DNA from: Acidimicrobiia bacterium UBA5794
GTDB taxonomy: Bacteria > Actinomycetota > Acidimicrobiia > Spongiisociales > UBA5794
NCBI GenBank assembly: GCA_002418265.1
Contig: DIDS01000014.1
Span: 72,588 to 136,587 of the forward strand
Length of the DNA stretch: 64,000 nucleotides
Direction: 5' to 3'
Of the stretch, positions 9,677-17,585 are shown piece after piece. Position numbers and translations under genes: made by a program. Numbering within the stretch: the first letter of the stretch is position 1; the number at the start of each line of letters is the position of its first letter. The notes under the pieces were generated by a model. That model was given only the letters and a program-made list of their open reading frames with translations. It searched no databases and was not told where the DNA came from.

Positions 9677-11123
9677 GGTTCGCCTCCGGTTTGTCAGACT
9701 CGGCTGGTCGTTGGCGGGCGCTCTGTCTCAGCTCGTCGTACTTCATCCGGGCTCTGGCGGAAAGGTCACCGAAGCCGTGCTCGGCTCTGCGGCGGGCCTC
9801 GTCCTCAGAGATCTCAACCGGAGACCCGTACTGTTCGCCCGACGCGGTCAGAACTTCAATGAACGCCTCGACAACCTCGGGGTCGAACTGTGTGCCTGCG
9901 AACCTTCGCAGTTCGGCAAACGCATAGACCTGCGACATCGCCACTCGGTACGAGCGGGTTGAGGTCATGGCGTCGAAGGAATCGGCGACGGCAAGAATCC
10001 GTGCCTCCAAGGACGGCGTTTCTCCCTTGTCACCGGTCGATCCGTGGTAGCCCTTTCCGTCGAAGTGTGCGTGGTGGTTGGATGCGATCTCGACCATCGG
10101 TCTGAGGAACTCGACCTCACTCAGGAGATTCTCGACATGGTGGACGTGCCCCTGCATCTCTTTGTATTCGTCTTCGGTGAGTCGGGACTTCTTTCGGATG
10201 ACCTCGCGAGGAACAGCGAGCTTGCCGACATCGTGGATGAGCGCTGCCCACCGGAGACGCTCCAGCTGCGTCCCGTTGAAGCCGAGGTGCTGTCCGATCA
10301 TGTTTGAGAGGTAGGCAACGCGCTCGGTGTGTCCTCGCGTGTAGAGGTCCTTTGCCTCAAGCGCCTTGATGAACCCAGCAAGGGTGGAGAGCTGTGCCTC
10401 GCGCAACCCGGCGTATGACTCGAACGCCATGTATCCGGTGAAGAAGACAATGGCGATCAACGGCAACGATGCAGGCCCGATAAGCAGATAGGTCGTTCCA
10501 AGCAATCCGCCGAGGAAACCCATACCAATCAACGGGAGCACAATTGCCGGTACGTGGGACCAGGTGTTCATGCTTGCCCCGTAGACACGCCGGAAGATGA
10601 ATGAGACAAGGCCGAGATTGACGATCCCATAGATCGCGGCCGCCAATCCAGTCGCGATGGCTATGAGCCCGACCATCGACGTCGACACGGTCCATTCACC
10701 CGATTCGTCCCCGATCTGGACCATTAGAACGGCGAGCACTCCAGTCGAAACAGCTGTAGTAGCAACAAGCTGTCCGAGATTGGCCGCTGGCTGGAACCAG
10801 CGCCGCTCGCGGATATCTGCTGGTGTGGCCATGGCAAGCGCAGCCATCGCCGCTGTACCCAATACTGCCGATTCCGGACCAAAGGCCACAGCGGCCGTCA
10901 TCATCACCATGACGGAGGGACTCGCAAAGAGCTTGTCGTTGACCTCGACCGCATTCCACTCGAAAAAGACGGCAGCGGCGGCGAACGTCGCCCATGGCCA
11001 GAACGGCCGGGGAAAGCTCTGGGTAAAGAACAGAACAGCGAGGATCGCGACACCAAGCGCGGCGAAGACGATGGCGATTCGCTTCTTCTCACGCAGTTGG
11101 CGTGTCAGTTCGTCCTGGAACAT
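9669..11123 (-). CDS. Membrane-bound HD-GYP c-di-GMP phosphodiesterase-like protein
   Basis: ~7 TM N-terminus; AKDLYTRGHTERV, IHDVGK, HHAHFDGKGY, VADSFDAMTSTRSYR, GTQFDP. Confidence 0.88.
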   Translation of the reverse strand: MFQDELTRQLREKKRIAIVFAALGVAILAVLFFTQSFPRPFWPWATFAAAAVFFEWNAVEVNDKLFASPSVMVMMTAAVAFGPESAVLGTAAMAALAMATPADIRERRWFQPAANLGQLVATTAVSTGVLAVLMVQIGDESGEWTVSTSMVGLIAIATGLAAAIYGIVNLGLVSFIFRRVYGASMNTWSHVPAIVLPLIGMGFLGGLLGTTYLLIGPASLPLIAIVFFTGYMAFESYAGLREAQLSTLAGFIKALEAKDLYTRGHTERVAYLSNMIGQHLGFNGTQLERLRWAALIHDVGKLAVPREVIRKKSRLTEDEYKEMQGHVHHVENLLSEVEFLRPMVEIASNHHAHFDGKGYHGSTGDKGETPSLEARILAVADSFDAMTSTRSYRVAMSQVYAFAELRRFAGTQFDPEVVEAFIEVLTASGEQYGSPVEISEDEARRRAEHGFGDLSARARMKYDELRQSARQRPAESDKPEANRG

Positions 11124-11174
11124 GGTGTTCCTCGGTCAGGGAACGAGAGGCGGCGGCGGACCCGGGAATCTCAG

Positions 11175-11264
11175 CTAGCCAATCCGGAGTGAGGCCGCGC
11201 CAGCCAGTAAGGCTGCCGCAAGTGTTCCAACGGTCAATGCAAGCTTGATCAATGTGCTCTTCAC
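11175..11264 (-). CDS. 29-aa signal-peptide-like small protein (putative peptide signal precursor)
   Basis: Manual translation MKSTLIKLALTVGTLAAALLAGAASLRIG*; GGAG 8 nt before GTG; 51 nt upstream of HD-GYP gene on same strand; below ORF-track size cutoff. Confidence 0.7.
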   Translation of the reverse strand: MKSTLIKLALTVGTLAAALLAGAASLRIG

Positions 11265-11689
11265 GAGGGTTGCTCCAGTGGTTTCGTTCCTCTTCACCGA
11301 CATCGTTCGTCAGATCAGGGACTTCCATCGCTTCGCTGGAGTTGTTTCGTTTATGAGCTTCCCAGGCTGTGCCACCACCTCCATCGCCCAGTCGACGTGT
11401 CGCCCAGGCAAATCGTTCATGTCGTTCGGTTCTACGAACATTCCCGTACCGAGAGGCGCCTGATCGTCAACGACGAACACACGTCCCGGACTCCGCCAAG
11501 AGTCCCCGCCGCCTTAGCGCAGGCGGCGGACTGTCAACTTAATGCTCATATCACCCTGTCGCAAGACTTATCGGTCGATTCACCCACTGTGTTGAGCTTT
11601 GCGCGTCAACTCGTGGCTTGTCGCGAACAACCACCGAGAGTCACCTTTGTGCCACACGTGGGGCCATCCATCGACTACTCTCGCTGATC

Positions 11690-12322
11690 ATGTCAGTGAA
11701 CTTTCGTGAACTTGAAGAGGGTCTGGCCCGTCTCGATTCTGTCGATGCGGCAAGAGTCATCAACCAGGGCGACAAGATCACCGAAATCCATGTGATAGCG
11801 GCCTCCGACAAACCGACCAAGCAAGTCGCCCGCGATGTCCAAAGCCTCGCCATGGCCAGGTTCGGGCTTCCCATCGATCATCGCGTGATCTCGGTCGTCC
11901 AGATCAGTCCGCACCATCTCGATCTCTCGTCGGTGGCACGAGCAGCACTCATGGGTGTCTCCGAGTCCCCGAACGGTGTTCGCACGACGATCGAAGTGAC
12001 CCTCCGCCACGAAGATGAGGAGCATGTTGGGACGGCAACCGGTCCAGCGGTCGCCTCGGCGCGACTTCGACTCGTCGGCGAGGCGACGATCGATGCGGTC
12101 GAGAAAACCTTTGATTCCGTACCTCCGATTGCCCTCGACTCGATCGCAAAGACCCACGTCGGTACCCGGGATGTGATCGTTGCGGTGGTTGTGGCAGCCG
12201 CCGAGCGGGGTGGAGAGGATCTCAGTGTCGGCTCGGCGATCTCACTGTCATCCGACGACGATGCCGGTGTTCGGGCCGTGCTCAATGCACTCAATCGTAG
12301 GCTTTCGTCACTGAGCGATTGA
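11690..12322 (+). CDS. Conserved hypothetical protein divergent from HD-GYP operon
   Basis: 210-aa ORF with EIHV...KQVARDVQS...IDHRVISV and AVLNALNRRL. Confidence 0.75.
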   Translation: MSVNFRELEEGLARLDSVDAARVINQGDKITEIHVIAASDKPTKQVARDVQSLAMARFGLPIDHRVISVVQISPHHLDLSSVARAALMGVSESPNGVRTTIEVTLRHEDEEHVGTATGPAVASARLRLVGEATIDAVEKTFDSVPPIALDSIAKTHVGTRDVIVAVVVAAAERGGEDLSVGSAISLSSDDDAGVRAVLNALNRRLSSLSD

Positions 12323-12524
12323 TCCCAGTCGATCAACCAGAGGGTGCCGAGACCCGTATCGCGCCACCAGAGCTTCCATTTGTTTCCAGTCATTCGGTTG
12401 CTGTTGGGGGCAAACGCCGATACCCTGACCCTGTTGGTCGGCGATGCGCCGCGACCACCAAACCTGATCGGGCGGAATCCGGAACGGGTTGGTTCAGGAC
12501 ATAGAAGCGAGCACACGGAGTCAC

Positions 12525-13601
12525 GTGCGACCGCGAATACCACTTGCATACGCTGGACTGCTGATCATTGCTCTTGTCAGTATTGTCGGGTTTGCTGCGT
12601 TCTCACCAGCGTCATCGGATGGAACATCCGATCAAAGTCAGCCGTCCGTCGAGGCTGCCGTTGTCCCCGTATCCGCACGGGTTGCATCGGCGATCTTGGC
12701 ATTACGTGTGTCTGACGCTGACGCACGCTTGACCGAATCACCCTCAACCTCTGGCACATCATCCCCGGCTGCCGAGTCATCCGACCCCGCGACGCCAAGC
12801 ACCGTGGGAGACGAGTTGGTTGAGGGACCCACAACGTCGGCCGTCGAACCGGTAACCACCGTGCCTGAGGCAACGACGACGCCGCCGAAACCGAAGGACA
12901 CGACCCCACCACCTCTGAAGATCACCTCACCATCGGACGGGGCAACGGTCAACGACCGCGTCGTGACCTTTGAGGGCACATCCGAGTCAGGGGCATCGGT
13001 GACTTCGGGTCCCTATGAAGCGCACGTCGATGATGACGGAGACTGGTTCATCAAGCTCGTTGTTTCCTCTGAGGGGTCAAAGGCGACGATCACCGCAAAG
13101 GACAAGGCCGGGAACACGACAACCGAGTCGATCACCGTGACCTACGAGCCCCCGACGGTCGCGACCACAACAACCACCACGAAAGCTTCTTCTCCCCCTC
13201 CAGCCCCACCGCCCGAGCCGAAGTGGTCACCACAGTGGCCAGCCGATCCTGGCGGTCGACAGAGCCTTGAACACTGGAGGCCGCTCGTTGAGAAGTACTG
13301 GCCGGCGAATCTCGCAAACTGTGCTCTCAACATCCTCTACTTTGAATCCTTTGGTAATGCCAGGGCATACAACTCCAGCGGACCCGGCTTTGAGGGTTTG
13401 TTCCAACACCACAGTGGCTACTGGAAGGGCAGAGCCGCAGCCGCTGGGTTCCGAGACAGCGACGGCCTGTATGCAAGCCCCTACAGCGCTGAAGCAAACA
13501 TCGCCGTCGCGTGGTATCTCGCAAAGAACTCAACGCCGTGGAATCGACACTGGTCGGTTGATCCACACCACCCCAACGCTCCGCTCGAGTGCACGGAGTA
13601 G
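12525..13601 (+). CDS. Membrane-anchored Ig-like + lytic transglycosylase-like protein
   Basis: TM, S/T/P linker, DTTPP..ITSP..G Ig-like domain, C-terminal FESFGN..GLFQ..ANI..A lysozyme-like motifs; start uncertain. Confidence 0.7.
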   Translation: MRPRIPLAYAGLLIIALVSIVGFAAFSPASSDGTSDQSQPSVEAAVVPVSARVASAILALRVSDADARLTESPSTSGTSSPAAESSDPATPSTVGDELVEGPTTSAVEPVTTVPEATTTPPKPKDTTPPPLKITSPSDGATVNDRVVTFEGTSESGASVTSGPYEAHVDDDGDWFIKLVVSSEGSKATITAKDKAGNTTTESITVTYEPPTVATTTTTTKASSPPPAPPPEPKWSPQWPADPGGRQSLEHWRPLVEKYWPANLANCALNILYFESFGNARAYNSSGPGFEGLFQHHSGYWKGRAAAAGFRDSDGLYASPYSAEANIAVAWYLAKNSTPWNRHWSVDPHHPNAPLECTE

Positions 13602-13623
13602 ATTCGCCTATCATCGGATCACG

Positions 13624-13950
13624 ATGAACCACACGATGAAGAACGCAATCAGGGTCGCTGGCGTCATCGCTGGCTTGGCGGCCGCAGCTTGGGCACTACG
13701 AGACCGCATGCTTCCCGATCCTGCACCACCCACCGACTCGCCTCCCAGATTCCGCACGGGTGGAACCGGTGGAGACGACCTCACAGAGATCAAGGGGATT
13801 GGACCAGCGTTTGCCCAGCGTCTGAAAGACTCCGGCATCACAACCTTTTCGACGCTGGCTGGTGAGGATGCTGCCACCGTGGCTGAGATCGCCAACACCA
13901 CGGAGACGGCCGCTCAACGCTGGATCGACAGCGCCGCATCACACGTGTGA
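13624..13950 (+). CDS. Small membrane protein with helix-hairpin-helix (DUF4332-like) domain
   Basis: TM then DDLTEIKGIGPAFAQRLKDSGI. Confidence 0.75.
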   Translation: MNHTMKNAIRVAGVIAGLAAAAWALRDRMLPDPAPPTDSPPRFRTGGTGGDDLTEIKGIGPAFAQRLKDSGITTFSTLAGEDAATVAEIANTTETAAQRWIDSAASHV

Positions 13951-13953
13951 TGC

Positions 13954-15039
13954 ATGGTTTATCTTGCTGAGCCCGAACATCTCGGTGATCTCCTCCCCAA
14001 CGAGCCCCGCTACCGCACGGACCAACTGACGGAATGGCTGTACCGACATCCGGTGCTCGATGCCTCCGCAATGACCAACCTCCCGGCATCGGTGCGCGAG
14101 TCCATCAGTTCCGATCTCTGGCCGTTCGAGCTCGTCATCGACCAGGTTGGTGACGGAGGAGAAACTCGGAAATGGCTGTTTCGATGTCACGACGGTTCCC
14201 AAATCGAGACGGTCCTGATGGGGTACTCGTCGAGAACGACGCTCTGTATCTCCTCCCAAGTTGGGTGCGCCATGGGGTGTACGTTCTGTGCGACCGGACA
14301 ATTCGGATTCGACCGGCATCTTTCGGCAGGCGAGATCGTCGCGCAGGTCGCGTACGCAAACGCGTACCTGGCGGCCACGCCGCTCCCCCGCAGCCCCGAA
14401 CGAGTCACGAATGTCGTGTTCATGGGCATGGGCGAGCCCCTCGCGAACTACACCCACACACGCGAATCGATCAGGCGAATGATTGAGATCATGGGAATGT
14501 CAGCGCGGTCGATCACCGTATCGACGGTGGGTTTCGTGCCGGGGATGAGAAGGCTGATCGAGGAGCCATGGCCGATGAACCTGGCCGTCAGTCTGCACTC
14601 GACCATCCCTTCCGAACGAACGAAGCTGGTACCCATCAACAAGCGCTATCCGATCGACGATGTCGTGGAGGCCGCCCACGACTACTACAAGGCAAAGGGA
14701 CGGCGCGTGTCGCTCGAATGGACGCTCATCGCAGGTGAGAACGATTCCGACGAAGAGGCGATTGGGCTTGCGCGCATCGCCAGAGAGATCCACGCCCACG
14801 TGAACGTGATCGCTTTGAACCCAACACCACTGAGCACCGATCGCCCACCCGATCGGGACCACGTCAGACGCTTTCTCGCAACACTTGCGCGAGAAGGCGC
14901 AAACGTGACGCTCCGAGACACCCGCGGCCAAGACATCGACGCCGCCTGCGGCCAACTCAGACTCCGAAACTCGCGTACCCAGGGTATGAACCCACCCTCA
15001 CGGTCGTTGTCAGCCCAAAGAACGGGCGAACTACGCTGA
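13954..15039 (+). CDS. rlmN: 23S rRNA/tRNA m2A methyltransferase (radical SAM)
   Basis: CISSQVGCAMGCTFC, MGMGEP, DAACGQL. Confidence 0.95.
   Translation: MVYLAEPEHLGDLLPNEPRYRTDQLTEWLYRHPVLDASAMTNLPASVRESISSDLWPFELVIDQVGDGGETRKWLFRCHDGSQIETVLMGYSSRTTLCISSQVGCAMGCTFCATGQFGFDRHLSAGEIVAQVAYANAYLAATPLPRSPERVTNVVFMGMGEPLANYTHTRESIRRMIEIMGMSARSITVSTVGFVPGMRRLIEEPWPMNLAVSLHSTIPSERTKLVPINKRYPIDDVVEAAHDYYKAKGRRVSLEWTLIAGENDSDEEAIGLARIAREIHAHVNVIALNPTPLSTDRPPDRDHVRRFLATLAREGANVTLRDTRGQDIDAACGQLRLRNSRTQGMNPPSRSLSAQRTGELR
14972..15006. repeat. Half copy of palindromic repeat inside rlmN 3' end
   Basis: 35 nt identical to 32764-32798. Confidence 0.85.
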
Positions 15040-15083
15040 GCATTCCCGTCACACATTCCCGTCACCAACAAGCGAGGTATCTG

Positions 15084-15545
15084 ATGCAACTTGAGACAGG
15101 GCAGAAGGCTCCGGCGTTCACAGCTGAGGACCAGACAGGCACCGTCCGGACTTCGGACGAGTTCGCCGGATCAAAACTGATCATCTACTTCTACCCGGAC
15201 GCGTTCACACCGGGCTGCACGACGGAGTCCTGCGACTTTCGCGACCGGCACGAGTTCCTCGCTGCACAGGGGTATCAGATCCTCGGTGTTTCACCAAATC
15301 ATCCTGACAAGCTGCAAAAGTTCAAGGACGAGTACAAGCTTCCGTTCGATCTGCTCTCAGATCCAGACAACACCATGTCTGCATCCTTCGGGGCATACGG
15401 CCTCAAGAAGAACTACGGCCGCGAGTACATGGGCATCATCCGCTCGACATTCCTGATCGACGCCGACGGTGTCATCGAAGATGCCTTCTACAACGTCCAG
15501 GCCACAGGTCACGCTGAACGCATCACGAAGTCGATCGAGGGCTGA
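15084..15545 (+). CDS. bcp: Thioredoxin-dependent peroxiredoxin (BCP)
   Basis: YFYPDAFTPGCTTESC, RSTFLID. Confidence 0.93.
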   Translation: MQLETGQKAPAFTAEDQTGTVRTSDEFAGSKLIIYFYPDAFTPGCTTESCDFRDRHEFLAAQGYQILGVSPNHPDKLQKFKDEYKLPFDLLSDPDNTMSASFGAYGLKKNYGREYMGIIRSTFLIDADGVIEDAFYNVQATGHAERITKSIEG

Positions 15546-16408
15546 TGTCAATCAAAACTGCCGTCTTTCCCGTCGCTGGCCTTGGCACCCGGTTTCTTCC
15601 CGCCACGAAGGCCCTCCCAAAAGAAATGCTGCCGGTCGTTGACACGCCCCTCATCCAATATGCCGTCGATGAGGCCATCGAGGCAGGGATCGAAAACCTG
15701 GTCTTCGTGACCGGTCGCGGCAAAACCGCCATCGAGGACCATTTCGACATCTCGTACGAGCTCGAAGCCACCCTGGCCTCACGCGATGAGGTCGAGACGC
15801 TCGCAATGCTGCAAGAGATCCGACCACATCCCGGCCAGTTCGTGTATGTACGACAGATGGAGCCGCTCGGTCTCGGACATGCTGTGTGGTGTGCACGCCA
15901 CCTCATTTCAGATGAACCGTTCGCCGTCATCCTTGCCGACGATCTCCTCCACCCCACCGGTGATGCCCTCAAGGCGATGATCGCCGAACACGAAGCGACG
16001 GGCGCAAACATCGTCCTCGTCGAAGACGTCGATCCTTCCCACACTGATCGATATGGGATCATCACGCCTGGCGAGTCCACCGACACAGCCACCGAGGTGA
16101 TTGGCATCGTTGAAAAGCCAGCTCCCGCGGTGGCACCTTCGCACCTCGGAGTCATCGGAAGGTACGTTCTCAATCCGTCGATCATGACCAGGCTCGCCTC
16201 AACCAGGCCCGGAAGTGTCGGAGAGATCCAACTCACCGATGCCATCGCCGAATCCCTCGCAACCGAGCGCGTACATGCCGTGACCAATCCCGGTGTCCGA
16301 TTCGACTGCGGAACCAAGATCGGAATGATCGAAGCAACCATCACCGTCGGGCTGGAACGCGACGACCTCGGTCCTGAGGTTCGGTCGCTGCTCGAGCGTC
16401 TTGGATAG
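15545..16408 (+). CDS. galU: UTP-glucose-1-phosphate uridylyltransferase
   Basis: AGLGTRFLPATKALPKEMLP, GEIQLTDAI. Confidence 0.95.
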   Translation: MSIKTAVFPVAGLGTRFLPATKALPKEMLPVVDTPLIQYAVDEAIEAGIENLVFVTGRGKTAIEDHFDISYELEATLASRDEVETLAMLQEIRPHPGQFVYVRQMEPLGLGHAVWCARHLISDEPFAVILADDLLHPTGDALKAMIAEHEATGANIVLVEDVDPSHTDRYGIITPGESTDTATEVIGIVEKPAPAVAPSHLGVIGRYVLNPSIMTRLASTRPGSVGEIQLTDAIAESLATERVHAVTNPGVRFDCGTKIGMIEATITVGLERDDLGPEVRSLLERLG

Positions 16409-16465
16409 CGGGCCAAGCATCCTCCGTATCCTGTGGACATCGCACAAACGAATCAAGGTGAGACC

Positions 16466-17551
16466 ATGACAAAGCTCGAGCTGCTCCATCAACACGGACA
16501 ATCCATCTGGTACGACTTCATCCGCCGAGACATGCTGACCGGCGAAGGTTTGGCAGATCTCGTATCCGATGGCATCAGAGGTGTCACTTCCAACCCATCC
16601 ATCTTCGAATCGGCGATCGCCAAAACCGATCTTTATGACAACCAGATCACTTCGCTCGGCGACGTTTCCCCCGAAGCCGCCTTCGAAGCTCTCGCGATCG
16701 ACGACATCCGCGCCGCTGCCGACATTCTCGCCTCGGTGTACGACGAGTCCGACGGAGAGGACGGCTATGTCAGCCTTGAGGTCTCTCCACGGCTTGCCAA
16801 TGACACATCGGGAACGATCTCGGATGCGATGCGTCTGTGGGATGCCGTTGATCGACGCAATCTGATGGTGAAGGTGCCAGCCACGCCTGCTGGTATCCCT
16901 GCAATCGAGGAGCTCACGGCAGCAGGCATCAACGTCAACGCCACGTTGATGTTCTCCCTCACTGACTACGAAGGTGTTGCCAACGCATTCGTACGGGGGG
17001 CGCGGCGAGCTTCTGATCCCGCCATTCTCGCATCGGTCGCATCGTTCTTCGTTTCGCGAGTCGACGCGTCGACGGATGCAGCACTTGAAAAAGTCGGCAC
17101 CGCCCACGCAGCCTCACTGCTGGGAAAGGCAGCGATCGCAAACGCAAAGCTTGCCTACCGCCGCTATCAGGAGATCTTTGAAGGGGACGACTTTGCAACC
17201 CTCGAAGCAATCGGGTGTCGCCCTCAGCGTGTGCTTTGGGCCTCGACATCCACAAAGAACCCGGCATACAACGACGTGATGTACATCGAAGAGTTGATCG
17301 GACCGAGAACGGTCAACACCGCCCCACCCCACACCATCGAGGCCTTCCTTGACCACGGTGAGATCAAAGGAGGATCCCTTCTTGAGGACGTCACCGGCGC
17401 CGCAGCTCTGATCAACGATCTCCCAACGATCGGTGTGGACTTTGATGCCATCACCCAGCAGCTCCAGGTCGACGGTGTCGCGTCGTTTGCAAACGCATAT
17501 GAGTCGCTGCTCAAAGCCATCGCCACCAAACAGCAACAAGTCGTTGCATGA
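16466..17551 (+). CDS. tal: Transaldolase
   Basis: GVTSNPSIF, VSLEVSP, VKVPAT, SFFVSRVD, LWASTSTKNP. Confidence 0.95.
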   Translation: MTKLELLHQHGQSIWYDFIRRDMLTGEGLADLVSDGIRGVTSNPSIFESAIAKTDLYDNQITSLGDVSPEAAFEALAIDDIRAAADILASVYDESDGEDGYVSLEVSPRLANDTSGTISDAMRLWDAVDRRNLMVKVPATPAGIPAIEELTAAGINVNATLMFSLTDYEGVANAFVRGARRASDPAILASVASFFVSRVDASTDAALEKVGTAHAASLLGKAAIANAKLAYRRYQEIFEGDDFATLEAIGCRPQRVLWASTSTKNPAYNDVMYIEELIGPRTVNTAPPHTIEAFLDHGEIKGGSLLEDVTGAAALINDLPTIGVDFDAITQQLQVDGVASFANAYESLLKAIATKQQQVVA

Positions 17552-17585
17552 GGATCGGACTCGCGAACACGAGGCGGATACCTAC

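Noticed and set aside
11309..11419. Second small minus-strand ORF (MNDLPGRHVDWAMEVV...) upstream of the peptide gene
   Set aside because: No RBS and no signal or TM character; insufficient support.
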